Below, one piece after another: positions 1 through 10,544 of a DNA stretch of 64,000 nucleotides. Made by a program: the position numbers and the translations under genes. The stretch is taken from NCBI GenBank assembly GCA_963812155.1, contig CAWETW010000002.1, positions 320,001-384,000 on the forward strand, read 5' to 3'. The DNA is from Vulcanimicrobiota bacterium. Lineage in GTDB: Bacteria > Vulcanimicrobiota > Vulcanimicrobiia > Vulcanimicrobiales > Vulcanimicrobiaceae. Positions within the stretch are counted from its first letter, which is position 1. Each line of letters starts with the position of its first letter. A model generated the notes under the pieces. It saw nothing but the letters and a program-made list of their open reading frames with translations, was not told where the DNA came from and did no database searches.

Positions 1-1340
1 AAGGCGGCGTTGTGGTGGTTCGTGCCGGGCAGCGTGCGATACGGAATGCCGTCTTTGTCGACGTCGCGATAGCGGCCCCACGACGGCACGCGGTTGAGGT
101 CTTCGGCGGTCAACACTTTGCCGCGCTCGAACGACTTCTCGGGATACGGCAGCGGCGGCGTAAGCCACGAGTTCATTCCGAGATCGAGATCGCTCAGCAC
201 GAAGACCGGCGTTTGAAAACGATCGGCCAAGTCGAAGGCTTCCATCGCGAACTCGTAGGCCTCGCGGACGGTCGCCGGGAGAAGCACGACGTGCTTCGTG
301 TCGCCGTGCGACAGGTTGTAAACGAATGCGACGTCACCTTGCATCGTGCGGGTCGGCAGGCCGGTCGACGGTCCGGCGCGCTGAACGTCGAAAATCACGC
401 CCGGCACCTCGGCGAAATATCCAAATCCCGCGTACTCGGCCATCAGCGAAATGCCCGGGCCCGACGTCGAGGTCATCGCGCGTGCGCCGGCCCAGCCCGC
501 GCCGAAAACCATGCCCGCCGCGGCCAGCTCGTCTTCGGCCTGAACGATCGCGTATTTGTGTTCGCCGGTTTCCTTGTCGACGCGAAAACGTTCGCAGTAA
601 TCGATGAAGTATTCGCAGAGCGACGACGACGGCGTAATCGGATACCATGCCGCGACCGTGCACCCGCCCATGACGCAACCGAGTGCGGCGGCACGATTGC
701 CTTCCATGAAGAGCAATCCCTCGGTCTTGCCGTTCGCACGTTCCAAGTGATACGGGTCGCGCTTTTCGAAGTGTTCGCGCGCGTACTCGAAGCCGACGTT
801 GATCGCGGTCATATTCAACTCGACCGCGGCCGGCTTGGTACGGAATTGCGCCTTGAGCCCTTCCTCGAGGGTTTCGGCGGGAATGTCGAGCAGCTGTGCG
901 AGCGCTCCCACGTAAATCATGTTCATCAGATATTTACGGAGATCGCCCTTATCCGCGAAGCGCTCTTTGGCGAGTTGCGCGAACGGGACGGCGTAATACG
1001 TCACGTCGTCGCGCAAGGTCGCGCCGGTCACCGGGAAGGCTTCTTCCTGAAGGATCGCGCCGCCGGGCTTGACGCCGGCGACGTCGGCTTGCCACGTGGT
1101 CGCGTTGAGCGCCACCAAGACGTCGACGTCGCGCGTGCGGCACTGATAGCCCTTCGCGGTGACCCGAATGTCGAACCACGTCGGCAGTCCCTCGATGTTC
1201 GAGGGGAAGACGTTCTTCGGCGCGACCGGAATGCCGAGCCGCAAAATGGCGTTGGTGATGACGAGATTCGAGGATTGGCTCCCCGAGCCGTTGACCGTCG
1301 CCACCCGAATGGTGAAGTCGTTGACCGCGCGTTTGGGCAT
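1..1340 (-). CDS. 2-oxoacid:acceptor (ferredoxin) oxidoreductase subunit alpha, runs off the left edge
   Basis: Not in the ORF track because there is no stop in the window. Minus-strand translation from ATG at 1340 reads MPKRAVNDFTIRVATVNGSGSQSSNLVITNAILRLGIPVAPKNVFPSNIEGLPTWFDIRV, with later WYPITPSSS, TSGPG and DVQRAGPSTGLPTR motifs of KorA/PorA alpha subunits. The + strand ORF 12..1352 is its shadow. Confidence 0.88.
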   Translation of the reverse strand, partial: MPKRAVNDFTIRVATVNGSGSQSSNLVITNAILRLGIPVAPKNVFPSNIEGLPTWFDIRVTAKGYQCRTRDVDVLVALNATTWQADVAGVKPGGAILQEEAFPVTGATLRDDVTYYAVPFAQLAKERFADKGDLRKYLMNMIYVGALAQLLDIPAETLEEGLKAQFRTKPAAVELNMTAINVGFEYAREHFEKRDPYHLERANGKTEGLLFMEGNRAAALGCVMGGCTVAAWYPITPSSSLCEYFIDYCERFRVDKETGEHKYAIVQAEDELAAAGMVFGAGWAGARAMTSTSGPGISLMAEYAGFGYFAEVPGVIFDVQRAGPSTGLPTRTMQGDVAFVYNLSHGDTKHVVLLPATVREAYEFAMEAFDLADRFQTPVFVLSDLDLGMNSWLTPPLPYPEKSFERGKVLTAEDLNRVPSWGRYRDVDKDGIPYRTLPGTNHHNAA

Positions 1341-1463
1341 GGGCGGCACTAACTTCCGAGGCGGCGGGGTCAACTCCCGGTTTATGGGGATCGAGCGTGC
1401 GCCAGCGCCGGGATCGTGGGGATTCCCTCGAGGCAGCACGTGGGGTTTTTCGGCGAGCGCACG

Positions 1464-1501
1464 TTGACTGTCTGATGGCATTGGCGATACAGTGATGGCA
1501 T
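1464..1501 (+). promoter_or_regulatory. Putative sigma70 promoter and autoregulatory operator of the vapBC pair
   Basis: TTGACT (1464-1469), 18 nt, TACAGT (1488-1493), then ATG at 1500 (leaderless spacing). Direct repeat TGATGGCAT at 1473-1481 and 1493-1501 overlaps the promoter, as expected for a ribbon-helix-helix antitoxin operator. Confidence 0.55.
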
Positions 1502-1769
1502 GCACCGCATTCAGGTACAACTGACGACCGAGCAGGAGCGTGCCTTGAAAGAGATCGCGCGCTTGCGCGGCGTCTCGATTTCGGCACTCGTGCGCGAAGG
1601 CGTTGACCGCATCCTCGAGCCCGAGCGGCACCGCGACGACGCGAGGGTCAAGCGGGCGCTCGGGCTCATCGGTTTGTTCAATTCGAAAGGGCCGCGTGAC
1701 GTCAGCGAACGTCACGACGAGTACGTTGCCGAGGCGATACACGAACGCTTCGCGCGGCGGAGCAGATGA
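1500..1769 (+). CDS. vapB: Ribbon-helix-helix (CopG-like) antitoxin, VapB type
   Basis: MHRIQVQLT...LKEIARLRGVSISALVREGVD fits the RHH pattern. C-terminal DVSERHDEY is typical of these antitoxins. Overlaps the PIN gene by ATGA. Confidence 0.8.
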   Translation: MHRIQVQLTTEQERALKEIARLRGVSISALVREGVDRILEPERHRDDARVKRALGLIGLFNSKGPRDVSERHDEYVAEAIHERFARRSR

Positions 1770-2170
1770 ATCCGATTTTCTGCGACACCTCGGGTTTCTA
1801 CGCATTGATCGACGCGTCCGAATCGCAGCATCCGATCGCCGCAGCGGCTTGGGAACGAATGATTTGCGATCGCCATCGGCTCGTAACGAGCAACTACGTC
1901 ATCACCGAGACGCTTGCCGTTACTCAGGCGCGCATCGGCGTAAGAGCGGTACGGGCTCTCCTGGAACGCATCGAGGACTTCGTCGAGGTCGCGTGGATCG
2001 ATCGCGCGCTTCACGAGGACGCTCTTCGCCAGCTCCTCAGTCACGATCGCCGGCATCGAAGCTTCGTGGATTGCACGAGTTTTGCGCTGATGCGACGGCA
2101 TCGCATCGTCGAAGCCTTTGCGGTCGACGCCGATTTCAAAGAGCATGGCTTCACGCTCTTTCAGGGCTAG
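1766..2170 (+). CDS. vapC: PIN-domain ribonuclease toxin, VapC family
   Basis: 134 aa with IFCDTSGFYA, TSNYVITET, SFVDCTSF and FAVDADF carrying the conserved acidic PIN residues. Confidence 0.9.
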   Translation: MNPIFCDTSGFYALIDASESQHPIAAAAWERMICDRHRLVTSNYVITETLAVTQARIGVRAVRALLERIEDFVEVAWIDRALHEDALRQLLSHDRRHRSFVDCTSFALMRRHRIVEAFAVDADFKEHGFTLFQG

Positions 2171-2179
2171 CGAGCGAGC

Positions 2180-2215
2180 AAAAAAGAAAGGCCCGGCATC
2201 ACTGCCGAGCCCTTC
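2180..2215 (-). terminator. Rho-independent terminator of the groESL operon
   Basis: Minus strand reads GAAGGGCTCGGCA-GTGA-TGCCGGGCCTTTC followed by TTTTTT. Confidence 0.8.
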
Positions 2216-2231
2216 GAACGGTGACTGAGCC

Positions 2232-2336
2232 GTAGGAAGATCCGATTTCTCCTCAGAGCTAGGAACCGCGGGTCGCGGTTTGCTACGGCAAATAAGACCC
2301 GCGGCGACAACGCTATGAGGAAAATCGGGCTTCCTA

Positions 2337-2337
<1 letters not shown>
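2232..2337. repeat. About 106-nt imperfect inverted repeat / rod-like hairpin (candidate structured RNA or REP/MITE-like element)
   Basis: GTAGGAAGATCCGATTTCTCCTCAGAGC pairs with GCTATGAGGAAAATCGGGCTTCCTAC. Inner stems are CCGCGGGTC/GACCCGCGG and TTTGC-TACG-GCAAA. Confidence 0.75.
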
Positions 2338-4010
<1,673 letters not shown>

Positions 4011-4020
4011 TTAAAACTCC

Positions 4021-4326
4021 TTAGACGCCGGCCGGCACTTTGTCGACGACGGCGAGGATATCTTTTTCAGGAATGATGAGATATTCGGTGCCGTCGATCT
4101 TGACTTCGCTGCCCGAATATTTGCGATAGAGAACGCGATCGCCGACCTTGACGCTCATGCCGAGCTTCGTGCCGCTTTCCAGCACGCGGCCGTCACCGGC
4201 CGCCCGCACCATGCCCTCTTGGGGCTTTTCCTTAGCGGTATCGGGCAGAAAAATACCGCCCGTCGTCTTGTCGTCTTGCTCGACGTGCTCGATAACCACG
4301 TTATCGTGCAAAGGCTTGAGATTCAC
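4021..4326 (-). CDS. groES: Co-chaperonin GroES
   Basis: LKPLHDNVVI, TTGGIFLPDTAKEKPQEG, VKVGDRVLYRKYSGSEVKIDG. GTG start with GGAGG upstream. Confidence 0.98.
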   Translation of the reverse strand: MNLKPLHDNVVIEHVEQDDKTTGGIFLPDTAKEKPQEGMVRAAGDGRVLESGTKLGMSVKVGDRVLYRKYSGSEVKIDGTEYLIIPEKDILAVVDKVPAGV

Positions 4327-4361
4327 GGATTACCAACCTCCAAAAGCTGTCTCTACAGGAA

Positions 4362-4388
4362 TTAGCACTCTCAGCGCGAGAGCGCTAG
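4362..4388. promoter_or_regulatory. CIRCE element (HrcA operator) 1
   Basis: TTAGCACTC-N9-GAGCGCTAG versus consensus TTAGCACTC-N9-GAGTGCTAA, upstream of groES. Confidence 0.9.
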
Positions 4389-4395
4389 CCGTGCC

Positions 4396-4425
4396 ATCTT
4401 AGCAAACTGGACCGGAGAGTGCAAG
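4396..4425 (-). promoter_or_regulatory. groESL sigma70 promoter overlapped by a second, degenerate CIRCE
   Basis: Minus strand TTGCAC-N17-TAAGAT. Plus strand TTAGCAAAC-N9-GAGTGCAAG at 4399-4425. Confidence 0.75.
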
Positions 4426-4430
4426 TGGCC

Positions 4431-4724
4431 CTAGGGGGCCAGGCGAGCGAACTCCGGGCTGCCCAGCGCATAGGCGACGGCGAGCGCGACGGCGAGCAGC
4501 ACGAAGAAGATGCGCGCGAGGAGCCGCTCACTCCCGAGGCCGATGAGGGCCAGTCCTAGGCTCAGGCTCAAGACCGCACCCTGGGCCACCATCGGGCGAT
4601 CGGTGCGGTGCAGGAAGATCCACAAGAAGAACGCCGTCCCAAGCCCGACGACGACGGCCAGCAGGCTCGTGGAGGTCCAAATGACCACCTCGTTCGGCTC
4701 CCGTAAGGAGCGGTCGGGCATCAT
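4431..4724 (-). CDS. Small hypothetical membrane protein (about 3 TM)
   Basis: 97 aa with three hydrophobic stretches, filling the gap upstream of groES. Confidence 0.6.
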   Translation of the reverse strand: MMPDRSLREPNEVVIWTSTSLLAVVVGLGTAFFLWIFLHRTDRPMVAQGAVLSLSLGLALIGLGSERLLARIFFVLLAVALAVAYALGSPEFARLAP

Positions 4725-4743
4725 GCCGATACTCTACCTTTCG

Positions 4744-5256
4744 ATGCGTAGAGACCGCTTGGAAAAATCCGAAACCAGGAACAAGGATGCGCGCGCTTCG
4801 TGGGGCCGCATCGCGGCGCAGGTCCTGCTCGCAGGTTTGGCCGGCGCCGTTCTCCTCGACTGTTACCTCTTCGTCACGAAGCTGCTGCCGCACGGCAACG
4901 GCATCGTCGGGATGTGGCAGTGGATTGCGTCGACTGTGCTCGGCAAATCCGCGCTCGCCAACCCCGGATCGGCCGCAGTCGGAGCGGCGCTGCATCTCCT
5001 CGTCAGCATCGGTTGGGCGGCGGGCTACGTCTATATCGCGGTCAACCACCCGGCAAGCACGCGGCGATGGTTCGTTGCCGGCATCGTGTACGGCTTGATC
5101 GTCTACACGATCATGCAAGTGATCTTGCTCGCCGACGGCAACTTCATCTATCCGCCGACGCCCAATGCGTTCGTCAACGACCTGATCGCGCACGCACTCT
5201 TCTTCGGAGTTCCGGTGGCGCTCGTCGTACGAGCGTTGCAGCCCCGGCGCACGTGA
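4744..5256 (+). CDS. Hypothetical membrane protein (about 4 TM)
   Basis: C-terminal part of ORF 4510..5256 with hydrophobic helices (WQWIASTVLG, LHLLVSIGWAAGY, LIAHALFFGVPVALVV). Start uncertain (ATG 4744 or TTG 4759). Stop overlaps the alr start (GTGA). Confidence 0.7.
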   Translation: MRRDRLEKSETRNKDARASWGRIAAQVLLAGLAGAVLLDCYLFVTKLLPHGNGIVGMWQWIASTVLGKSALANPGSAAVGAALHLLVSIGWAAGYVYIAVNHPASTRRWFVAGIVYGLIVYTIMQVILLADGNFIYPPTPNAFVNDLIAHALFFGVPVALVVRALQPRRT

Positions 5257-6410
5257 TCGGACGCCTGCGCGTCTCGCTGCGCGCGCTCCGCAACAACGCA
5301 CAACTGCTGCGCGACATGGTCGGACCCAAACACGCCGCATTCGTCGTCAAAAGCAACGGGTACGGACATGGCCTGCTCGAAACGGCGCGCGCGGCCGAGC
5401 CGCTCGCGCGGCGCATTTGCGTGTACGCTTTCGAAGAAGCCCTAGCGTTGCGCGCAGGCGGTATCACGAAGCCGATACTCGTGCTCGGTCCCATTCCGCC
5501 GGAGGCGCTCGACGACGTCATGGCGGCGAAGCTCGACGTCGCGCTTTGGGACACCGGCGAATTCGCGCGCCGGCTCGCCAACGCCGCACGCAAACGCCAG
5601 ACGCGCGCACCCGTGCACGTAAAAGTCAATACCGGATTGAACCGGCTTGGATTCGAACCGCACGAGCTGGCCGACGCGATCGAGGACTACCTGCACGTGT
5701 CGGAGATCGAAATCGCCGGCGTCTTTTCGCACTTGTCGGCGGCCGAGGAACTCGACTCGCCGTATACGATGTATCAACTGGAAACGTTCGAGCGCGCGCT
5801 GACCGCAGCGGAGCCGCTGTTCGAACGCGAGCGCATCGTTCCGCTGCGCCACATCGCGGCGTCTGCGGCAGCCATCCTCTGGCCCCAAACGCGGCTCGAC
5901 CTCTCGCGCTTCGGCATCGCGCTGTACGGACTGTGGCCCTCGAAAGCCACGCGTGAGGCGGCCGATTCCAACGGCATCGCGCTCGAGCCCGCACTATCGT
6001 ACGAGTCCGAAATCGTCGTCGTCCGATCGGTGCCGGCCGGCTCGGCCATCGGCTACGGCGCGACGTTCCACGCACCGCGCGATCTGCGCGTCGGCGTCGT
6101 GCCGGTCGGTTACGGCGACGGCGTGCCGCGGGCCCTCTCCAATCGTGGCGCATTTCTGGTGGATGGTGCCGTCTGCCCGATCGTCGGACGCGTCGCGATG
6201 AATCTTAGCGAGGTCGATCTCACCTCCGCGCCCGGAGCGCATCCGGGCTCGAAGGTAACGCTGATCGGCCGCGACGGCGATGCCTACGTCGGTGCCGACG
6301 ACTGGGCGCAATGGGCGGAAACGATCAACTACGAAATCGTCGCGCGTCTACCGTCCGAGATACCGCGCGTCTACGACGATCTAAGCGACGGCGGCGATAG
6401 CGTCCTTTAG
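5253..6410 (+). CDS. alr: Alanine racemase
   Basis: PLP-lysine motif AFVVKSNGYGHG, HVKVNTGLNRLG, GYGDG, GRVAMN and ETINYEIV. GTG start at 5253. Confidence 0.96.
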   Translation: MIGRLRVSLRALRNNAQLLRDMVGPKHAAFVVKSNGYGHGLLETARAAEPLARRICVYAFEEALALRAGGITKPILVLGPIPPEALDDVMAAKLDVALWDTGEFARRLANAARKRQTRAPVHVKVNTGLNRLGFEPHELADAIEDYLHVSEIEIAGVFSHLSAAEELDSPYTMYQLETFERALTAAEPLFERERIVPLRHIAASAAAILWPQTRLDLSRFGIALYGLWPSKATREAADSNGIALEPALSYESEIVVVRSVPAGSAIGYGATFHAPRDLRVGVVPVGYGDGVPRALSNRGAFLVDGAVCPIVGRVAMNLSEVDLTSAPGAHPGSKVTLIGRDGDAYVGADDWAQWAETINYEIVARLPSEIPRVYDDLSDGGDSVL

Positions 6411-7100
6411 TTCCATCGTTCCGGTGTAGAGCGCGCTGCCGACGATGCACGAATCGACGTTGGCCGGAACGGAGTGCTTGAGTTCCTGTAAGTCCTCGAT
6501 ATTGCGCGCGCCGCCGCTGGCCGTCACGGCGACGCCGGCCGCGCCGGCGACCGCATTGAGCGCCTCGATGTCGTAGCCTTCGCCCATGCCGTCGCGCCGG
6601 ATCTCGGTGAAAATGACGCGACCGATGCCCCACTGCGCGACGCGGCGCACGAGCGCGTCGCGATCGACCGGCGTCCGTTCTTGCCAGCCGTGCGTTGCCA
6701 CTTGGGATCCGCGCGCGTCGATGCCGGCGATGACTTTGCCGGGAAAACGTCCGACGATATGGCGCGCCAGCCGCTCGTCTTCCACCAGCAGCGTTCCGAG
6801 GATGATTTCGGAAACGCCCGCGGCAAACGCCGTTTCGGCGTGCTTGAGATTGCGCAAGCCGCCGCCCATCTGCACGGGAACGCCGACGGCCGCGCAGATC
6901 CCCTCCACGGCCGCGAGATTCTCACCCGATCCGAACGCTCCGTCGAGGTCGATCACGTGCAATCGCTGTGCGCCTTGCGCAACGAACTCCGTTGCGCGCT
7001 CGACCGGGTCGTCGTCATACGCCGCGGTGGTCGAGGGATCGCCCTGTCGCATGCGCACGCATTTGCCGCCGCGCAGGTCGATCGCCGGGATCACGATCAC
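6381..7100 (-). CDS. hisA: Phosphoribosylformimino-5-aminoimidazole carboxamide ribotide isomerase
   Basis: IVIPAIDLRGGKCVR, HVIDLDGA, QMGGGLR, TEIRRDG, ASGG and IVGSALY. Confidence 0.95.
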   Translation of the reverse strand: MIVIPAIDLRGGKCVRMRQGDPSTTAAYDDDPVERATEFVAQGAQRLHVIDLDGAFGSGENLAAVEGICAAVGVPVQMGGGLRNLKHAETAFAAGVSEIILGTLLVEDERLARHIVGRFPGKVIAGIDARGSQVATHGWQERTPVDRDALVRRVAQWGIGRVIFTEIRRDGMGEGYDIEALNAVAGAAGVAVTASGGARNIEDLQELKHSVPANVDSCIVGSALYTGTMELKDAIAAVA

Positions 7101-7113
7101 CGCGACGGCTCTC

Positions 7114-8340
7114 TCAATTCCTCGCCCCGTTCGATTCGCGCTTTTCGAGCGGCACGTACGGACCGGCCGGCGGTCCGTCGTAGGTTGCCTGCGGCCGAAT
7201 CAAACGATTGTCGGCGAGTTGCTCGAGCACGTGCGCCGTCCAGCCCGCGATGCGTCCGCACGCGAAGAGACAGGTGAACTCGTCGCCCGGGATGCCCAAA
7301 TCCGCCAGCACCGGCGCCGTATAGAAATCGACGTTGGCGTAGATGGTGTTGTCCGGTTTTTTCTCTTGCAGAACTTTGCGGCTGGCCTCTTCGAGCCGAT
7401 GCGCGATTTCGTACCAGGGGCTGTTGCCCTGCTGTTCCGAGAGCTTCTTTGCCATCGCTTCGAGATGACGGGCGCGCGGGTCGCGAACTTTGTATTCACG
7501 GTGGCCCATGCCCATGATGCGCTCGTTGCGTGCGAGCGCGTCGCGCACGTACTGTTCGGCGTTCTCGGGCGAACCGGCTTCCTTGAGCGCACGGAACGCG
7601 GCGGTGGCCGCGCCGCCGTGCAGATCGCCTTGCAGCGTCGCAAGCGCCGCCGTGATCGAAGCGTAGAGGTCGGCGCGCGTCGATGCGGTGACGCGACCCG
7701 AGAACGTCGACGCGTTGTACGAATGGTCGGCGAGGAGCACGAAATACGTATCCAGCGCGTCCGCCTCGACGCCGTTGGAGACTTTTCCGGAACGCATATA
7801 GAGGAAGTTGGCCGCCTGCGAGAGGTCGGTGCGCGGCTCGATCGGATCGAGTCCGCGACGAATACGATCCCACGCGGCCACGATCGTCGGCATCTTCGCG
7901 ATCAGTTCCACGGCGACGTGCACGTCGGAAACGTGTTCGCCGCGCGCGTCGACCGGCGAGAAGAGCGCAAGGCCGCTGACGATCGTGCGAAGGACGTCCA
8001 TCGGCCATGCCGTCTTCGGGACGTTCTGCATCGCGCTGATCAGCGGTTCGGGCAGCGAACGGCGCGAGCCTAACTCGCGTTTGAGGGCTTCAAGTTCGGC
8101 GCGGTTCGGCAGATGGCCGTACAGCAACAGGTGGACGACCTCTTCGAACGTCGCGCTCGGCGCGAGATCGTCGATATCGTAACCGCGATAGGTCAGGCGG
8201 CCGACGGCGCCTTCGACGTTGCTGAGTTGAGTGGTTCCTACGACGACGCCTTCGAGGCCACGGTCGACTACGGTTGACAAAGAATCCCTCCACAGAGAAG
8301 TTCCGCTGATGCGCGGGGTGGCTGAGTTTTCAGTCTCCAT
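7114..8340 (-). CDS. Citrate synthase family (citrate or 2-methylcitrate synthase)
   Basis: GLEGVV, LTYRGYDI, DHSYNASTF, LHGGA, MGMGHREYKVRDPRA and NVDFY. Start taken at METENS (ATG 8340). Confidence 0.93.
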   Translation of the reverse strand: METENSATPRISGTSLWRDSLSTVVDRGLEGVVVGTTQLSNVEGAVGRLTYRGYDIDDLAPSATFEEVVHLLLYGHLPNRAELEALKRELGSRRSLPEPLISAMQNVPKTAWPMDVLRTIVSGLALFSPVDARGEHVSDVHVAVELIAKMPTIVAAWDRIRRGLDPIEPRTDLSQAANFLYMRSGKVSNGVEADALDTYFVLLADHSYNASTFSGRVTASTRADLYASITAALATLQGDLHGGAATAAFRALKEAGSPENAEQYVRDALARNERIMGMGHREYKVRDPRARHLEAMAKKLSEQQGNSPWYEIAHRLEEASRKVLQEKKPDNTIYANVDFYTAPVLADLGIPGDEFTCLFACGRIAGWTAHVLEQLADNRLIRPQATYDGPPAGPYVPLEKRESNGARN

Positions 8341-8424
8341 TATTAACCCCTCTCGGGGCCGGAACGTGCCACAAAGGCGGCTGGCGCAAAGACGTGGAGG
8401 GGCGCCGAAGCGAAGCAAGGCGGC

Positions 8425-8860
8425 ATGGAAAGCCTCGATCTCTCCGGCCGGCCGCCGCGCGGACCCCGCCTGCCGCTCGCCGGTCTCGATCTCTTCATGC
8501 TGGCGCGTACCGTCGATAAGGTTCGGGCAACGCTGCCGGGCGGCAGCCTCGGCACCTATCAAATTCCCGGCTTCAGCGCGCGTCTGTTGGAAAGGCTCGG
8601 CATTACCGAGGACGAGATGCGCGATGCCGTTGCGCGCGCGGACTCCGACGAGGCCGTCGCCGCATGGGTCCGCGAGCGCACCGACCAGGCGCGCTACCCG
8701 GAAATCAACGCGGCGATGGAGCAACGGACGATCGCGCGACCGGCTCGGCGATCCCGCCTTCGTAGCGAAATATCCGATCGCGCGCTCGCTTCCGCCCGAC
8801 ATGCCGTTGCTCGATTTTCTCTCGACCGACGACGCCGACATGTTTCCGCCGCGCCCATGA
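8425..8860 (+). CDS. DUF5069-like protein, apparent frameshift near 8735
   Basis: N-terminus DLSGRPPRGPR...LARTVDKVRATLPG...Y matches the family as I know it. The natural C-terminus (DRLGDPAFVAKYPIARSLPPDMPLLDFLSTDDADMFPPRP*) lies in another frame ending at 8860. Confidence 0.65.
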
Positions 8861-9606
8861 CCGCGGAAATTATCGTTTCGGCGGATTCGGGCGTCGGCGA
8901 GATTCGCATCGATCGTCCCGCAAAAAAGAACGCACTCACTTCCGGCATGTACGCCGCCATGGCCGAAGCACTCGAAGCATTCGATCGCGACGACGCCATT
9001 CGCGTTGCGGTGATTCGCGGCGGAAACGATTTCACGGCGGGCAACGATCTCCGCGATTTCATCGATGCGTCCGCCGCCGGCGATCGCAAAGCGCTCGACG
9101 CGATCGTCGAGTTTCTCACGCACCTCGCAGATTTCTCGAAACCGCTGATCGCGGCCGTGCGCGGAAATGCCATCGGCGTCGGCACGACGATGCTGCTTCA
9201 TGCCGACGCCGTCGTCGCCGGAACGTCGGCGCGCTTTCGTGTGCCGTTCACGCAACTGGGCCTCGTCCCCGAAGCCGGCTCGTCGCTGCTCTTACCGCTG
9301 ACCGTCGGACGCATGCGCGCAGCGTGGATGCTGCTTGCGGGCGAGTTTTTCAGCGCGGGCGACGCGTTTGCAGCCGGCCTGATCACCAGCGTCGTCGCGG
9401 ACGACCGCGTCGAGGATACGGCCGCCGCAATGGCGGCCAAACTCGCGTCGCTTCCACCCGTCGCGGTACGCGAGACCAAACGTTTGATGCGCGATGCGAT
9501 CGCTCGAGACGTTCGCGAGCAAATGGATGCAGAGATCGCGGCCTTCGCCGAGCGCCTGACGTCCGAAGAGTTCCGAGCGTCCGTTAGCGCAGTGCTCGCG
9601 CGTTAG
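8857..9606 (+). CDS. Enoyl-CoA hydratase/isomerase (crotonase family)
   Basis: RPAKKNALT, FTAGNDL, KPLIAAVRGNAIGVGTT and PFTQLGLVPEAGSS. ATG at 8857 overlaps the upstream stop. Confidence 0.92.
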   Translation: MTAEIIVSADSGVGEIRIDRPAKKNALTSGMYAAMAEALEAFDRDDAIRVAVIRGGNDFTAGNDLRDFIDASAAGDRKALDAIVEFLTHLADFSKPLIAAVRGNAIGVGTTMLLHADAVVAGTSARFRVPFTQLGLVPEAGSSLLLPLTVGRMRAAWMLLAGEFFSAGDAFAAGLITSVVADDRVEDTAAAMAAKLASLPPVAVRETKRLMRDAIARDVREQMDAEIAAFAERLTSEEFRASVSAVLAR

Positions 9607-10544
9607 GCGACGGCGTCGCGCACGTCTCCTCGCGCCAGCGCGTACCCAACCAAACGGTCGACGAGCGCGTCGTACGTAATTCCGGCAGCGCCGCACGCAT
9701 CGGGCAATAGGCTCGTCGGGGTGAGTCCGGGCAGCGAATTGATCTCGAGAATGTACGGCCGGCGGTCTCCGCTGACGATGAAGTCGGTGCGCGAGTAGTC
9801 GCGCAGGCCGAGCAGCCGGTGCGTCGAGAGCGCGAGCATCTGCAGCCGCGCGGCGAGATCGTCGTCGATCTGCGCGGGAGCGACGTGCGTGCTGCCGCCG
9901 GGTTCGTACTTGGCATCGAACGAGTAGAATCCGTCGCGGTTGGCAACGATCTCGACGACCGGGAGCGCTTCTTCGCCCAGCACGCCGCACGTGAACTCGC
10001 GTCCTTCGACGTACTCTTCGGCGAGAATCTGCCCGAACGACTTGGATGCGGCCAGCATGGCCTCCGTCCACTGTTCGTGCGTGCGCACGATCGCAACGCC
10101 GGCCGACGAACCTTCGAAGCGCGGCTTGACCACGAGCGGAAGATCGAGCGACCCGGGAAGCAGCGGCAGCGTGCCGCCGCTCAGATCGAACATATCCCAA
10201 GCCGCGGTCGGCAGTCCCTCGGCCGCCAACAGTTTCTTCGTGAGGTGCTTGTCCATCGCGAGCGACGACGCTTCGACCTCGCTTCCGGTGTACGGAACGC
10301 CGGCATATTCGAGCAGTGCTTGGATGTGGCCGTCTTCACCGCCCGGCCCGTGCAGCGCGTTGAAGACGACGTCGGGACGCATCTCGCGCACCGCCTCGAA
10401 GAACCGGTCGTCGTAGTCGAGCGAAGCGGCATCGTAGCCGAGCGCGCGCAGCGCCCGCATCACGCCTTCACCGCTGAGCATCGAGATCTCGCGTTCGGCA
10501 CTGCTGCCGCCCATGACGACGACGATCTTTGACGTTCGTTTCAT
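9603..10544 (-). CDS. ddl: D-alanine--D-alanine ligase
   Basis: VVMGGSSAEREIS, ALHGPGGEDG, MDKHLTK, VVKPRFEGSSAGV and LEINSLPGLT. Confidence 0.97.
   Translation of the reverse strand: MKRTSKIVVVMGGSSAEREISMLSGEGVMRALRALGYDAASLDYDDRFFEAVREMRPDVVFNALHGPGGEDGHIQALLEYAGVPYTGSEVEASSLAMDKHLTKKLLAAEGLPTAAWDMFDLSGGTLPLLPGSLDLPLVVKPRFEGSSAGVAIVRTHEQWTEAMLAASKSFGQILAEEYVEGREFTCGVLGEEALPVVEIVANRDGFYSFDAKYEPGGSTHVAPAQIDDDLAARLQMLALSTHRLLGLRDYSRTDFIVSGDRRPYILEINSLPGLTPTSLLPDACGAAGITYDALVDRLVGYALARGDVRDAVA

Noticed and set aside
12..1352. 446-aa plus-strand ORF and similar long antisense ORFs (e.g. 2466..3692, 6586..8073, 18012..19697, 39704..41344)
   Set aside because: These are shadow frames of genuine opposite-strand genes in high-GC DNA and show no recognisable motifs.
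1384..1448. Three TGGGG(A/T)T motifs in the oxidoreductase/vapB intergenic region
   Set aside because: They are short and irregularly spaced, and I cannot distinguish them from chance in GC-rich DNA.
7114..9255. 713-aa extended citrate synthase
   Set aside because: The N-terminal 300 aa overlap two real plus-strand genes. Homology begins only after ATG 8340.
8425..9606. Apparent DUF5069 - enoyl-CoA hydratase fusion in the ORF track
   Set aside because: The linker is out-of-frame Arg-rich text. The real DUF5069 C-terminus is in another frame ending at 8860 with an ATGA overlap, so a single indel near 8735 explains the fusion.
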